A stretch of DNA of 64,000 nt from Alphaproteobacteria bacterium (GCA_965216755.1 CBDCGL010000011.1:832001-896000), one strand, 5' to 3'. Positions 43,633 through 56,900 are shown, numbered from the stretch's first letter. Numbers and translations: made by a program. The notes: a model not told the origin generated them from the sequence alone.

Positions 43633-44481
43633 TCACATTGGGTGCTGTTTCGCCGTCTGATCGAGTTCTACAAGAACTTCCAATAATCTAGGTAACTCTT
43701 TAATAGGAAGCATGTTCGGCCCATCCGACGGAGCCGAATCGGGATCTTGATGGGTCTCCATGAACACCATTGCAACGCCGATCGAAACCGCCGCGCGCGC
43801 CAGAACAGGCACAAATTCGCGCTGGCCACCGCTGCGCCCGCCAAGGCCACCGGGCTGCTGTACCGAATGCGTCGCGTCGAAGACGACAGGACACCCAGTC
43901 GAGCGCGCCAGAATGGGCAGCGCCCGCATGTCGGAAACCAGCGTGTTGTAGCCGAAGCTCACCCCGCGTTCGCAGACCAAGACATTCGAGTTGCCGGAGG
44001 CCTCGATCTTGGCGGCCACGTTGATCATGTCCCACGGCGCCAAAAACTGCCCCTTCTTCACGTTGATGACACGCCCAGTTGCCGCCGCGGCGACCAAAAG
44101 ATCGGTTTGGCGGCACAGAAATGCCGGGATTTGGAGAACGTCGACGGCCTCCGCGACAGCTCCGCACTGCGCCGGATCGTGGACGTCGGTCAATACGGGG
44201 CAGCCGAATTTGTCCCGCAGTTCGGCCAAAATTGGCAGGCTCTTGGCCATACCCAGCCCGCGTGCGCCGTCCAGGCTGGTGCGGTTAGCTTTGTCGAACG
44301 ACGTCTTATAAACCAATCCGATGCCGAGATTGGCGCATATTTCGACCAGGGCGTGGCACATTTCCTGCGCGTGATCGCGGCTTTCCAGCGCGCAAGGCCC
44401 CGCTATCAGTGCCAACGGGCGGTCATTGCCCACCGTGATAGAACCGATCGAAACGTGTTTCGTCGCAGCGGCTTGTGTCAT
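43633..44481 (-). CDS. kdsA: KDO-8-phosphate synthase
   Basis: IAGPC, DKANRTS, QIPAFLCRQTD, DATHSVQ. Confidence 0.98.
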   Translation of the reverse strand: MTQAAATKHVSIGSITVGNDRPLALIAGPCALESRDHAQEMCHALVEICANLGIGLVYKTSFDKANRTSLDGARGLGMAKSLPILAELRDKFGCPVLTDVHDPAQCGAVAEAVDVLQIPAFLCRQTDLLVAAAATGRVINVKKGQFLAPWDMINVAAKIEASGNSNVLVCERGVSFGYNTLVSDMRALPILARSTGCPVVFDATHSVQQPGGLGGRSGGQREFVPVLARAAVSIGVAMVFMETHQDPDSAPSDGPNMLPIKELPRLLEVLVELDQTAKQHPM

Positions 44482-44484
44482 GAG

Positions 44485-46119
<1,635 letters not shown>

Positions 46120-46236
46120 CTAACCTAGACGATCTTGGCAATACGCCAAACACAAAGCGACAACGGCCTGGCGACGTTCATTCCATGTCAATGTGGCCGA
46201 CGCCTCAATTGTGTGGCGAACGACGGGGATACGGTC

Positions 46237-46572
46237 CTACTCTTCGACCGGAACTTGCGGTCCGGTCGCGGGCGTATCTTCCACCACCGGTGCCGGCGCC
46301 GAGCTCTCGGCAGGCGCCGCGTCGAGAATCGACGACGGCTGGCTGGAGCGCGACGCAATAAAGGCCAATCCAAGACTGGTGATCATGAAACACGCCGCAA
46401 TCACGGCTGTGGTTCGAGTCAGAAGGTTCGCGGACTGTCGGCCCGACATCATGCCACCGAAAACACCACCACCCAGGCCACCGAGCGCGCCGCCATCGCT
46501 GCGTTGGATCAAAACAACAACAACCAACGAAACTGCCAGAATGATATGGATGACGAGCAAAAACGCTTGCAT
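46237..46572 (-). CDS. secG: Preprotein translocase subunit SecG
   Basis: Two TM segments, LIQRSDGGALG, NLLTRTT; between tpiA and pyrG. Confidence 0.95.
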   Translation of the reverse strand: MQAFLLVIHIILAVSLVVVVLIQRSDGGALGGLGGGVFGGMMSGRQSANLLTRTTAVIAACFMITSLGLAFIASRSSQPSSILDAAPAESSAPAPVVEDTPATGPQVPVEE

Positions 46573-46608
46573 TTCAACACCTTGCTGTTGCGCCCCGACA
46601 GACTGTGG

Positions 46609-47391
46609 CTAGTGCCCGTGAGCCGACGCCGCCTCACAAATGGCCCAAAAGTCGTCAGCCTTCAAGCTCGCGCCACCAATCAAGCCACCGTCCACGTTTT
46701 CAACAGCCATTAAGTCGCCGGCATTGTCCGGCTTGACGGAGCCGCCATACAGTAGCCTGATCGCCCGCCCTGCGTCGCCGAGTCGTTTCGACAGGCGGTC
46801 GCGCACAAACTGGTGCACATTCGCGACGTCGGTGGTCGTCGGCGTGCGCCCCGTCCCAATTGCCCATACTGGCTCATAGGCCACGACGACAGGCTCCGCC
46901 GCGGCTTCGTCCGGTATCGATTCGTCAAGTTGATTGCCAACAACCTCAAGCGTTTGGCCCGCGTTGCGCTCCGTCTCTGTCTCACCAACACAGATGATCG
47001 GACACATGCCGGTGTCAAGCGCAGCCTTGGCTTTGGCACGAACCAGGTCACTCGGTTCGCCGTGATCCGTGCGCCGTTCCGAATGGCCGACGATCACATA
47101 TCGACAGCCGATGTCGGCCAGCATTGATGCCGAAATGTCGCCGGTATGGGCGCCGGAAACAGCCGTCGCGCAATCTTGCGCACCAAGTGCGATCGCTGCG
47201 CCCGCATCCGATATCTGCCGACCGACCAAGTGTAGCAACGTGGCCGGCGGGCACACTGCCAATTCGGCTGTGGCGTCAGCGACCCCGACATGTCTGACAA
47301 GGGCATCGATGCGCGCGGCGCTGTCCGCGCGCAAACCATTCATTTTCCAGTTTCCGGCAACAAGTGGGCGTCGGCGAGGTTGTGTCGTCAT
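46609..47391 (-). CDS. tpiA: Triosephosphate isomerase
   Basis: [31 protein letters not shown]. Confidence 0.98.
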   Translation of the reverse strand: MTTQPRRRPLVAGNWKMNGLRADSAARIDALVRHVGVADATAELAVCPPATLLHLVGRQISDAGAAIALGAQDCATAVSGAHTGDISASMLADIGCRYVIVGHSERRTDHGEPSDLVRAKAKAALDTGMCPIICVGETETERNAGQTLEVVGNQLDESIPDEAAAEPVVVAYEPVWAIGTGRTPTTTDVANVHQFVRDRLSKRLGDAGRAIRLLYGGSVKPDNAGDLMAVENVDGGLIGGASLKADDFWAICEAASAHGH

Positions 47392-47603
47392 AACAGTTGC
47401 GTAATTGTGCGCCTGTGGGGAATGTGTCGCCGTCAATCGGCGCTGATGCCGTGCGGTTTAGCACAGTGTGCGAGATGGGCATAGCATGGCCGCACATCTT
47501 TGTTGGCGGTTGCCGGCGACCGGCGCCACCTCTATCATGCGCCGCCGCGAATGTACCGGTGTAACCGGTTTGATTTCAATATTTTATCGGGTCGTTCCTG
47601 GCT

Positions 47604-49517
47604 ATGTTAAATTCACTCCGTAAGGCGTCCAAAGGTTGGGTGGCGTCGGTCTTGGTTGGATTGCTGGTGCTGGCCTTCGCGACCTGGGGCGTCGGCGACA
47701 TCTTTAGGGGCGCCACGGACCCCAATGTCGCGGTGGTCGGCGACATCGATATCTCCGCCTCGCGTTTGGATCGCGAGTTTCGCACAGAGCTTGAGCGCTA
47801 TCGGGCTCTCAGTGGCGGCAACTTCTCAGCCCAACAGGCCGTGGCCCTCGGCTTGGTTCAACAAACCCTGAACCGAATCGTGACTGACGCGGCATATGCG
47901 CAGGAAACCTACGACCTCGGGCTCGCGGTTGACGATCAAATCGTGGCCCAAGTAATCAGAAGCACGCCGGCTTTTCAGGACAGCCTGACAGGCGAGTTCC
48001 GGCGAGAGTATTTCGAATATTCTTTGCAGCAGTCTCGCATGTCGGAAGAGCAATATGTCGCCAGCGTGCGCGCAAACCTTGTACGTCAGACACTCTTGGA
48101 CGGAATTAGCACCGGGATAACGGTGCCCAAACCCATGCTGGAGCAACTCTACCGATTCCGGGAGCAGAGGCGTGTCGCCGATATTGCCGTGATCAGCGTC
48201 GGCAATCTGGAGTCCCCGCCCGACCCCGATGATGCTGTGCTGCGCACATTCTACGAGGAGAATCCGGAGCAGTTCACGGCACCCGAATATCGATCCATAA
48301 CGCTGGTGGCCCTGCGGCCCGCGGATTTCTTGGACGAGGTTGACGTCTCGGAAGACGAGGTGCGCGACGAGTACGAGGCGCGCCAGGACGAATATTTCGA
48401 GCCGGAGCGACGCGATATCGATGTGATCGTGTTTGGCGATAAGGCTGCCGCCGAAGCGGCCCAAACCGAAATCAATGACGGTCGCGACTTCCTGGAAGTC
48501 GGGGCCGAAGCAACCGGTATGAGCGCAGAGGAATTTCGCCAAGGACAAATTCTTGCCGATGAGCTTCCGTCACTGCTTTCAGATCCGGTTTTCGCGCTCG
48601 AGGCAGGGGAAATCAGCGAACCGCTAGAAAGCGGATTCGGCTGGAATATCGTACGGGTCAACGAAATCATCACGGGCAAGAACATCCCATTTGAAGACGC
48701 GCGGGCCGAGGTCGAGGAAAAGCTCAAACTGGTCAGTGCGGGCGACGTTGTCTTCGATCTGTCCAACAACCTTCTGGACGAATTGGCAGGTGGCGCAAGT
48801 CTGGAACAGGCGGCCGCAAGTGTTGGCGCTTCTACCGAGAACTTCGCCGCAGCCGACGCGTTGGGGCAAGGAGACGACGGCAAGCGCTTGGACAATCTCG
48901 CGGAACTTGAGCAAGTCTTGTCCGCCGCCTTCGAATTGGCGGAAGGTGCCGAGTCTGACGTGATTGAAACCGACGACGGCGCGGCCGTCATTGTTCGCGT
49001 CGATTCGATTACGGCGCCCGTGGTCAAGCCATTTGAGACCGTGCGCATTCAGGCGCTCCTGTCTTGGCAAAGCGAAAACCGACAGCAACGCGCCGAGCTA
49101 CTGGCCCAGGAAATCGCAACCAGCGCCGCGGAGATCGGCGATCTTGCCGTCGCGGCGTCACGCCTGGCCGTACCCGTCCAGACAACATCACCGTTTACGC
49201 GTGATGGGCGCGACCTTGGCCTGCCGCTAGGTCGACAAACAGTGGACGCCATTTTCGGCCTTGAGAGCGGGGAGGTGTCCGGTGCGGTGGCCGAGGATGG
49301 CGGACGCTACGTGGTGGCGCAGCTCAAAGAAATTGTTGAAACCGCGCCCGACACGGTGGCGGAAAATGATCTTGAAGTGTTGACAAATCAGCTCAATAGC
49401 GCGTTAGCCAACGATCTGGTTGCGAGCTACAGCGCGGATGTGCGCGAGCGTCTCGGAGTTAACATCTATGAAGACCGAATAAACAAGCTCCTGATCGAGC
49501 CGGTCTTGGAACAGTGA
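47604..49517 (+). CDS. ppiD: PpiD-like periplasmic chaperone / peptidyl-prolyl isomerase
   Basis: N-terminal TM anchor (FATWGVGD), SurA-N domain, rotamase-like ISEPLESGFGW; upstream of trpE. Confidence 0.88.
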   Translation: MLNSLRKASKGWVASVLVGLLVLAFATWGVGDIFRGATDPNVAVVGDIDISASRLDREFRTELERYRALSGGNFSAQQAVALGLVQQTLNRIVTDAAYAQETYDLGLAVDDQIVAQVIRSTPAFQDSLTGEFRREYFEYSLQQSRMSEEQYVASVRANLVRQTLLDGISTGITVPKPMLEQLYRFREQRRVADIAVISVGNLESPPDPDDAVLRTFYEENPEQFTAPEYRSITLVALRPADFLDEVDVSEDEVRDEYEARQDEYFEPERRDIDVIVFGDKAAAEAAQTEINDGRDFLEVGAEATGMSAEEFRQGQILADELPSLLSDPVFALEAGEISEPLESGFGWNIVRVNEIITGKNIPFEDARAEVEEKLKLVSAGDVVFDLSNNLLDELAGGASLEQAAASVGASTENFAAADALGQGDDGKRLDNLAELEQVLSAAFELAEGAESDVIETDDGAAVIVRVDSITAPVVKPFETVRIQALLSWQSENRQQRAELLAQEIATSAAEIGDLAVAASRLAVPVQTTSPFTRDGRDLGLPLGRQTVDAIFGLESGEVSGAVAEDGGRYVVAQLKEIVETAPDTVAENDLEVLTNQLNSALANDLVASYSADVRERLGVNIYEDRINKLLIEPVLEQ

Positions 49518-51022
49518 CCGTTTTTCCCGCTTTCGACGAATTTCGGGCGCCCTATCAAGCCGGTACAGCGCAGGTCGTTTGGACACGCCTGGTGGCCGAT
49601 CTTGAAACGCCGGTTTCAGCGATGTTGAAATTGGCCGATGGGCGCCGCAACAGCTTCTTGCTGGAATCGGTCGAAGGTGGTGCCGTGCGCGGCAGGTATT
49701 CGGTTATCGGGCTTTATCCAGACCTGATATGGCGCTGCTTCGGCGATCGGGTCGAAATCAACCGCAATGCCCGGTTTGATACGGCTTCGTTCGAGGCTTG
49801 CGACCAGCCCGTCTTCGATTCTTTGCGTGCCATAATTGCCGAATCCAAAATCGATCTGCCTGATGCCTTGCCGCCCATGGCCGCGGCTCTGATCGGCTAT
49901 ATGGGCTACGATATGGTCCGGCTGATGGAACGTTTGCCGACCGACAACCCCGACATTTTGGCGGTTCCAGACAGCATGTTCATGCGCCCAACCATCATGG
50001 CCATTTTCGACACGATCGAGGATGTGGTCATCGTGGTCACACCGGTGCGCCCCGTCGAAGGCATCGACGCGGCCGCGGCCTATGCGCTGGCCCGTGAACG
50101 TTTGGCGGACGTCGTCTTCGATTTCGAGCGCAATGTCCCGATTGCGTACGAAACAAGGCCGAAACGCGCGCGCGAGGTGGAACCGGTCACGAATCTGACG
50201 CCGCAGACATATCGCGACATGGTAATGCGCGCCAAGGACTACATCGCCGCCGGCGATATCTTCCAAGTGGTGCTGTCTCAACGTCAAAGTATCCCTTTCG
50301 AATTGCCGCCCTTTTCCCTTTATCGGGCGCTGCGCCGCCTCAACCCCTCGCCATTTTTGTTCTATTTGGATTGGGGCGATTTCGCCATCGTCGGTTCCAG
50401 CCCCGAGATCCTGGTCCGCCTGCGCGATGACATCGTGACGATCCGACCGTTGGCCGGCACCCGCCCCCGTGGTGCCGATCGCGTGGAAGACGAACAGCTG
50501 GCGGCTGATTTGTTGGCTGACCCGAAGGAGCGCGCCGAACATCTCATGCTCCTGGATCTCGGACGCAATGACGTCGGCCGCGTGGCGAAGATCGGAACAA
50601 TGGACGTGACCGAACAAATGGAGATCGAGCACTATAGCCACGTGATGCATATTGTCTCGAACGTGCAAGGGCAGATTCGGCCGGATTGCGATGCAACTGA
50701 TGCCTTAATCGGCGGTTTTCCCGCGGGTACCGTGAGCGGTGCGCCCAAAGTACGAGCGATGGAGATCATCGACGAGCTTGAGCCGGACCGGCGCAGCGTT
50801 TATGGCGGTTGCGTCGGTTATTTTGCCGCCAACGGCTCCATGGATACGTGTATAGCGTTGCGCACTGCGGTGATCAAAGACAGCCGCATGTACGTTCAAG
50901 CGGGCGCCGGAATTGTCGCGGACAGCGACCCCGAGTCGGAACATCAAGAATGTCAAAACAAGGCACGGGCATTGCTGCGTGCCGCGGAGGAAGCTGTCAG
51001 CTTTGCCACGCGGCGCGGTTGA
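49514..51022 (+). CDS. trpE: Anthranilate synthase component I
   Basis: LLESVEGG, GDIFQVVLSQR, EHLMLLDLGRND, GTVSGAPK. Confidence 0.97.
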   Translation: MTVFPAFDEFRAPYQAGTAQVVWTRLVADLETPVSAMLKLADGRRNSFLLESVEGGAVRGRYSVIGLYPDLIWRCFGDRVEINRNARFDTASFEACDQPVFDSLRAIIAESKIDLPDALPPMAAALIGYMGYDMVRLMERLPTDNPDILAVPDSMFMRPTIMAIFDTIEDVVIVVTPVRPVEGIDAAAAYALARERLADVVFDFERNVPIAYETRPKRAREVEPVTNLTPQTYRDMVMRAKDYIAAGDIFQVVLSQRQSIPFELPPFSLYRALRRLNPSPFLFYLDWGDFAIVGSSPEILVRLRDDIVTIRPLAGTRPRGADRVEDEQLAADLLADPKERAEHLMLLDLGRNDVGRVAKIGTMDVTEQMEIEHYSHVMHIVSNVQGQIRPDCDATDALIGGFPAGTVSGAPKVRAMEIIDELEPDRRSVYGGCVGYFAANGSMDTCIALRTAVIKDSRMYVQAGAGIVADSDPESEHQECQNKARALLRAAEEAVSFATRRG

Positions 51023-51028
51023 CTGAGC

Positions 51029-52561
51029 TTATTGTTTGAATGTTTCGGGCCCTAGGGCGGTTGACTGTGCCACCCACGGCCGGGACTCGTCGACTTTGGC
51101 CACCGCCGTAATGGGCACCAGATCAAATCCGCGCTCGCGAACACCAGAAATCCACGATCTCAGGACCCTAAGCGTCATCGGATAAGGGTGACATAGTGCT
51201 ACGGCGCGACCATAGCGCTTGGCGTGGCGTTCGGTTTCGTAGAGCTGCGCGAGGATGTTTGCTTCGTTCTGCTCGTTGTCCAGAAATACGTGGCGCCCTG
51301 CGACCGCCACATTCATGTCGTTGGCGACATCATGTGCGACGGATTTCGGCGCCGTCCGCGAATCTAGGAACATCAATCCACGCGCATGCAGCTCGCCCAT
51401 GATCAATTGCATGGCTTGTGGCGTTGAGGTGAAGCGGCTGCCCATATGGTTGTTAAGACCAACTTCGCCGGGCACTCGGTCCAGCGCCCAGCGCATGCGC
51501 CTTATTATCTCCGAATCGCCCAGGTCAACCAGCAATGCATTCGGGCCGGGATCTTTGTCGCCATATGGTTCCATTGGCATGTGAACCAAAATTTCGTGGC
51601 CGGCGTCACGCGCCGCGGCCGCGAGACTATTCACATGCCTGGCGTAGGGTAGGAATGACAAGGTAACTGCCGGATCTAAATCAATAGCCTGGCGCGCCAA
51701 GGTCCGACTGAGTCCGACATCGTCGACAACAATCGCGATCCGTGGCCGCTCGCCGCTGGGCGTTGGCACATCTTGCTTGAACCGGCGCCACGCCGGTGCC
51801 GGCAGTGCGATTTCCAATTCCAATGGCGCATGCAGGAGATAATCGATCGTGCGCGTGGTCAATGATCGCCCGACCCTGTCATTCTTGTTTAGAACGGTTT
51901 GAACGCCAACCGGAACCCCAACTGAAGCGCCTGCGTCCCAGCGACTTTCGGGTGTCGGCGGCAATGCAAGCGCTGGCATCTGGCCAAGCGCGGCCAATTC
52001 GACCTCGGCACGATCGGCGAACATTCCGGCCACCGGCAAGTCGTCGATAGCCGGTGGTGGCATGGTGACTTTGCCGACCGGGTCAAGAGACGTCGCCCCG
52101 ACCGTATTTGCGACGCGCGAATACGTTTGGGCAATATCCGGCGATGTGATTGACGGGCGCGTCACCTGCGGCGTTAAGGCCACCGCCCCGGCCGTGGCAT
52201 CGAACTCCAGGTCGGCGGTCACCAGCGCCAGAACCGCACCTCCAGAGAAGCCCGTGACGATCATGGCGGTCCCGATAGCCAACACACGTGCCACACGCGC
52301 CGGGCGACGCCGGTGGGCAACGATATAGCGGTGGTCCCTGGCCATGGTCATCTGTAATTGTCCCTGCCCTGGCTCTGTATCCCGCCGATCGTTTGCATGC
52401 GGGCGGGTTTGATCCTCACCAGGATCGCAAGCCTTAGTCCTATATATCGCGGCCTCGGAGTCAGCGAAAGAGTTTGCGACATGCGCGAGTATTCGTCCAC
52501 TCAGCTGGGAACGGTTTCTTTTGGTTGACTGAACGGAAGGCGCTTGGTTTGTTTCGAGCAT
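51029..52561 (-). CDS. Divergent polysaccharide deacetylase (YibQ/DUF610); true start probably near 52351
   Basis: IAIVVDDVG, HEILVHMPMEP, NNHMGS, FLDSRT, HP motifs. Confidence 0.88.
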   Translation of the reverse strand: MLETNQAPSVQSTKRNRSQLSGRILAHVANSFADSEAAIYRTKACDPGEDQTRPHANDRRDTEPGQGQLQMTMARDHRYIVAHRRRPARVARVLAIGTAMIVTGFSGGAVLALVTADLEFDATAGAVALTPQVTRPSITSPDIAQTYSRVANTVGATSLDPVGKVTMPPPAIDDLPVAGMFADRAEVELAALGQMPALALPPTPESRWDAGASVGVPVGVQTVLNKNDRVGRSLTTRTIDYLLHAPLELEIALPAPAWRRFKQDVPTPSGERPRIAIVVDDVGLSRTLARQAIDLDPAVTLSFLPYARHVNSLAAAARDAGHEILVHMPMEPYGDKDPGPNALLVDLGDSEIIRRMRWALDRVPGEVGLNNHMGSRFTSTPQAMQLIMGELHARGLMFLDSRTAPKSVAHDVANDMNVAVAGRHVFLDNEQNEANILAQLYETERHAKRYGRAVALCHPYPMTLRVLRSWISGVRERGFDLVPITAVAKVDESRPWVAQSTALGPETFKQ

Positions 52562-52620
52562 GCCGACGGCGCAAAAATCGCTTCACTACAGACCTAATAT
52601 AGTCTTCCTTACAAGTTGAA

Positions 52621-53205
52621 ATGTTTGTCTTAATCGATAATTACGACAGCTTCACTTACAACCTGGTCCACTTTTTGGGCGAACTGGGGGTAAACGTGCG
52701 CGTTTACCGCAACGATGTCGTAAGCGCCGAAGAGATCGTGACTTCAAAACCACAGGGCATCATCTTGTCTCCTGGGCCTTGCGATCCGGACAAGGCGGGG
52801 ATCTGCCTGGATCTCGTCCGCGCCGCGGCCGGGCACGTGCCCGTGCTGGGCGTGTGCCTGGGTCATCAGGCAATCGCCCAGGCCTTTGGTGCGCGAATCG
52901 TCCGTGCACCAGTCATGATGCACGGCAAGTTGAGTGCGATTTACCACGATGGGAAGAGCTTGTTTACCGACCTACCCTCGCCCTTTACGGCGACCCGTTA
53001 TCACTCGCTGACGGTTGAACCGAAGTCGGTCCCGGAAACGTTACACGTTGTTGCGCGGACCCAAGATGATGTGATCATGGCCATCGAACATCGGGAATAT
53101 CCGATATATGGCGTGCAATTTCATCCCGAAAGCATTGCGTCAGAACATGGCCACGCGCTGCTCGCGAATTTCCTCAAGGTTGCCGGAACCAAACGCGCGG
53201 CTTGA
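52621..53205 (+). CDS. trpG: Anthranilate synthase component II
   Basis: IDNYDSFT, SPGP, GVCLGHQ, QFHPES. Confidence 0.97.
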   Translation: MFVLIDNYDSFTYNLVHFLGELGVNVRVYRNDVVSAEEIVTSKPQGIILSPGPCDPDKAGICLDLVRAAAGHVPVLGVCLGHQAIAQAFGARIVRAPVMMHGKLSAIYHDGKSLFTDLPSPFTATRYHSLTVEPKSVPETLHVVARTQDDVIMAIEHREYPIYGVQFHPESIASEHGHALLANFLKVAGTKRAA

Positions 53206-53214
53206 GGCATAGGC

Positions 53215-54234
53215 ATGGAAATCAAACCGCTCATCGCCAAGCTTGCAACCGGCGCCTCGCTCAGCGTCGAGGAAACGCGCAGCGCGTTTGACATCATGAT
53301 GTCGGGTGATGCCACACCTTCGCAGGCCGGTGCTCTGTTGATGGGAATGCGTGTTCGCGGTGAAACGGTAGACGAAATCACCGGCGCGGCGACGGCGATG
53401 CGCGCCAAGGCGCTGTCGATCGACGCGCCGCCGGGAACCATAGATACCTGCGGCACCGGCGGCGATGCCAAAGGGACATTCAATATCTCGACGGCCGCGG
53501 CGTTGATCGTGGCAGCGTGTGGCGTGCCGGTTGCGAAACACGGCAATCGGGCCATGTCGTCTAAGTCGGGTTCGGCCGACGTTCTCGCCGCGCTGGGCGT
53601 CAACATCGACGCCGATATGGCGTTGGTTCAGGAAGCGTTGTGGGACGTGGGCATTGGCTTTCTGATGGCGCCGCGCCACCACGGCGCGATGCGCCACGTC
53701 GCTGGCGCACGTGTCGAGCTTGGTACCCGAACCATTTTCAACTTGCTTGGACCACTGTCCAATCCGGCTGGCGCAAAACGCCAACTGATCGGGGTGTTTG
53801 ATAAGGCTTGGACCGAACCGCTGGCAAAGGTGCTCGGAAACCTTGGATCGGAACGAGTTTGGGTTGTGCACGGCGAAGACGGTATGGACGAATTAACCGC
53901 AACCGGCGCATCACAAGTATCCGAACTCAAGGGCGGGCAGATCCGCACCTTCAGTGTACGGCCCGAAGATGCTGGTGTCGCCGTCGCCGATTTGGATGCA
54001 CTACGGGGTGGCAGCGCCGATGAAAACGCAGCCGCGCTCAAGGCAGTGTTGGCCGGCGCCGCTGGCGCCTATCGCGACATTGCGGTTCTCAATGCCGCTG
54101 CCGCTCTGGTCGTCGCGGACAAAGCCGACGGGCTCGCGTCAGGCGCAACAATGGCCGCACAAGCTATAAACAGCGGTGGCGCCGCGGAGGTGCTCGCGCG
54201 ACTGGTGGCCGTCACCAACCGGCGGTCCAGCTAG
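53215..54234 (+). CDS. trpD: Anthranilate phosphoribosyltransferase
   Basis: DTCGTGGD, NIST, KHGNR..SS.SGSAD. Confidence 0.98.
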   Translation: MEIKPLIAKLATGASLSVEETRSAFDIMMSGDATPSQAGALLMGMRVRGETVDEITGAATAMRAKALSIDAPPGTIDTCGTGGDAKGTFNISTAAALIVAACGVPVAKHGNRAMSSKSGSADVLAALGVNIDADMALVQEALWDVGIGFLMAPRHHGAMRHVAGARVELGTRTIFNLLGPLSNPAGAKRQLIGVFDKAWTEPLAKVLGNLGSERVWVVHGEDGMDELTATGASQVSELKGGQIRTFSVRPEDAGVAVADLDALRGGSADENAAALKAVLAGAAGAYRDIAVLNAAAALVVADKADGLASGATMAAQAINSGGAAEVLARLVAVTNRRSS

Positions 54235-54334
54235 AGCATTTCACGCTCACATGTGTTCGCATGATATGCTCTATCTATTTGATATCGATCAATATAACTT
54301 GGTTCAAAGCACTTCGTTTGAACGAAGATTGATC
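54232..54334. repeat. Bipartite palindromic intergenic element (RIME/Bru-RS-like)
   Basis: Hairpin 1 TAGAGCAT...ATGCTCTA (54232-54273); hairpin 2 GATCAAT..GTTCAAA...TTTGAAC..ATTGATC (54287-54334); AT-rich. Confidence 0.65.
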
Positions 54335-54362
54335 AAGTGCGCCAAATAGGTTGATCTGTACG

Positions 54363-55178
54363 ATGGATGACGTCCTGGCTCGCATTTGCGCCGCAAAACG
54401 CGACCATGTCGCGGCCCGCAAAGCGATCGTATCTGAGGCCGCGCAACTAGAAGCGGTCAAGTCCGTCGCGCCACCGCGGCGATTTGCCGCGCGGTTAGAC
54501 GCCGCGGTCATAGAACTTGGCGTTGGTTTGATCGCCGAAATCAAGAAGGCGTCACCGAGTCGGGGGCTGATTCGTGCCGATTTCGATCCTGGCGTTCTGG
54601 CGCGGGCTTATCGGGCCGGCGCGGCCACATGCCTGTCCGTGCTTACCGACCAGCCCTATTTTCAAGGAGATGATGCGTATCTCGGCGCCGCGCGGAATGC
54701 CGTCGACCTGCCGGTCTTGCGCAAGGATTTTATGATTGATCCGTACCAGATTGTTGAATCCCGTCGGATTGGAGCTGATTGCATTCTGTTGATCATGGCA
54801 GCCCTGACCGACGCCATGGCCGCGGAATTGGAAGCGACGGCAAGAGAGCTTGAAATGGATGTTCTGGTGGAAGTTCACGATGAGGCCGAGCTGGATCGGG
54901 CGCACCGTCTGGACTCACGATTGCTCGGAATCAACAACCGAAATCTCAAGACTCTCGATGTCGACCTCGCGACAACCGAGCGCCTGGCACCTCGTGTCGC
55001 CAGCGACCGTCACGTCGTTTGCGAGAGTGGCATCTATACCGCGGCTGACATTGCGCGGATGACCGATGTCGGCATACGCAGGTTCCTTGTCGGCGAATCG
55101 CTCATGCGCCAGGCCGACGTCGCCGCCGCGACCCGGCAACTTCTTGGCCTTGGCGCCGTGGCCGATTCGACGGCATAA
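54363..55178 (+). CDS. trpC: Indole-3-glycerol phosphate synthase
   Basis: [33 protein letters not shown]. Confidence 0.98.
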   Translation: MDDVLARICAAKRDHVAARKAIVSEAAQLEAVKSVAPPRRFAARLDAAVIELGVGLIAEIKKASPSRGLIRADFDPGVLARAYRAGAATCLSVLTDQPYFQGDDAYLGAARNAVDLPVLRKDFMIDPYQIVESRRIGADCILLIMAALTDAMAAELEATARELEMDVLVEVHDEAELDRAHRLDSRLLGINNRNLKTLDVDLATTERLAPRVASDRHVVCESGIYTAADIARMTDVGIRRFLVGESLMRQADVAAATRQLLGLGAVADSTA

Positions 55179-55179
55179 C

Positions 55180-55662
55180 ATGGCGGAGTTTACGCATTTT
55201 GACGCCGAAGGTAAGGCGATCATGGTCGACGTCGGCGCAAAAAAAGAAACCGAGCGCACGGCGACCGCGGCGGGTTCGGTACTCATGTCTGGCGAAACGC
55301 TGCGTAAGATCGAAGCCGGAGAACACAAGAAAGGCGATGTTTTGGGCGTGGCTCGTTTGGCTGGGATTATGGCCGCGAAACGCACCGCCGATCTAATTCC
55401 GTTGTGCCACCCCCTGGGATTGACGTCGGTTTCGTTGGATTTGAGCTGTGACGCCAGTCGAAACGCCGTCGATATCCGCGCGACGTGCAAGCTTAAAGGA
55501 AGGACCGGCGTCGAGATGGAGGCGTTGACCGCGGTTTCCGTGGCGGCGTTGACGGTTTACGACATGTGCAAGGCGGTCGACCGAGCCATGACAATCAGTG
55601 AAATCCGCCTGCTCCACAAAGCCGGTGGCAAATCGGGCACATTTGGAGCGTCGGACACATGA
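55180..55662 (+). CDS. moaC: Cyclic pyranopterin monophosphate synthase
   Basis: [33 protein letters not shown]. Confidence 0.98.
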   Translation: MAEFTHFDAEGKAIMVDVGAKKETERTATAAGSVLMSGETLRKIEAGEHKKGDVLGVARLAGIMAAKRTADLIPLCHPLGLTSVSLDLSCDASRNAVDIRATCKLKGRTGVEMEALTAVSVAALTVYDMCKAVDRAMTISEIRLLHKAGGKSGTFGASDT

Positions 55663-56873
55663 TCCCTGTTGATGACGCGCGTGAACGTATTCTCGCGCAC
55701 ATGAAACCCACGGCGCCGGAAATCGTTCCATTGAGCGATGGCCTGGGCCGTGTGTTGGCGAAGGATGTCGCCGCCAGGCGCACGCAACCGCCACGCGCGG
55801 TTTCCGCCATGGACGGTTACGCGGCGCGCGCTGCCGACGTGGCGGCGGTTCCCGTCACGCTCGCTTGTATCGGCGAAGCGCCCGCCGGCGGTGCGTTTGA
55901 AGGCTGTGTGGAGCCCGGGCAAACGGTGCGCATTTTCACCGGTGGACCATTGCCAGACGGCGCCGACACCATTGTTATTCAAGAGAACACAACCGCCGAA
56001 GGCGACCGGATTACGGTGACCGAATCCGCCGAAGTCGGTCGCTATGTGCGCCGCGCCGGCCTGGATTTTCAGGAAGGCACAGTCGTGCTCAAGGCCGGCC
56101 ACGTACTCACCGTGCGCGATGTCGCCCTGGCATCGGCCATGAATCATCCCTGGCTACATGTGCGCAGGCGACCGCGCGTTGCGATCTTGGCCACCGGCGA
56201 TGAAGTGGTGATGCCTGGGGAACCCATTGGAGCCAACCAAATTGCCAGCGCCAACGAGTTGGGCTTGGCGGCGGTGGTAAGCGCCTGCGGCGGCGAACCG
56301 GTCATGCTCGGCGTGGCACCGGACAAATCGGATGTTTTGGGTGAGATGGTCGCGCGCGCGCAGGGCGCGGATTTGCTTGTCACCACCGGCGGTGTTTCGG
56401 TTGGTGCGCGCGACCTCGTCGGCCAAGCTCTGCGTGCTCAAGGCATGGATCTTGGCTTTTGGAAGATCGCCATGCGTCCGGGCAAACCGCTGATGTTCGG
56501 CCTGTTGGACAGCTGTCCTGTGCTCGGCATGCCAGGAAATCCCGTCTCGACAATGATTTGCAGCTTGCTTTTCCTGCGCCCGGCTATCGCCAAGATGCTG
56601 GCAATGGCAACGCCCCCTGATGAAACCGAAACCGCAATATTGCAGACACCGCTCCGAGAAAATGATCAACGCCAAGATTATCTGCGCGCCCGCCTCAATC
56701 ACGACGACAGGGGGCGACTGTTGGTTCAGGCGTACCCGAAGCAGGACAGCTCGGTGCTATCTGTCTTGGCCCAGGCGGACGGACTCGTTGTACGCCCGCC
56801 CCATGCACCGGCGGCGGCAAAGGGCGATCGGGTCCCGGTCATTCGCTATCCGACGGGCCTGGTCCAATTTTGA
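55659..56873 (+). CDS. moeA: Molybdopterin molybdotransferase MoeA
   Basis: [30 protein letters not shown]. Confidence 0.97.
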   Translation: MIPVDDARERILAHMKPTAPEIVPLSDGLGRVLAKDVAARRTQPPRAVSAMDGYAARAADVAAVPVTLACIGEAPAGGAFEGCVEPGQTVRIFTGGPLPDGADTIVIQENTTAEGDRITVTESAEVGRYVRRAGLDFQEGTVVLKAGHVLTVRDVALASAMNHPWLHVRRRPRVAILATGDEVVMPGEPIGANQIASANELGLAAVVSACGGEPVMLGVAPDKSDVLGEMVARAQGADLLVTTGGVSVGARDLVGQALRAQGMDLGFWKIAMRPGKPLMFGLLDSCPVLGMPGNPVSTMICSLLFLRPAIAKMLAMATPPDETETAILQTPLRENDQRQDYLRARLNHDDRGRLLVQAYPKQDSSVLSVLAQADGLVVRPPHAPAAAKGDRVPVIRYPTGLVQF

Positions 56874-56900
56874 CGGATCCAACCCCTTGACCGACGCCTA

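Noticed and set aside
51029-52561. Antisense deacetylase gene interrupting trpE-trpG
   Set aside because: The trpE-yibQ-trpGDC arrangement is already known in Alphaproteobacteria (e.g. Rhodobacter).
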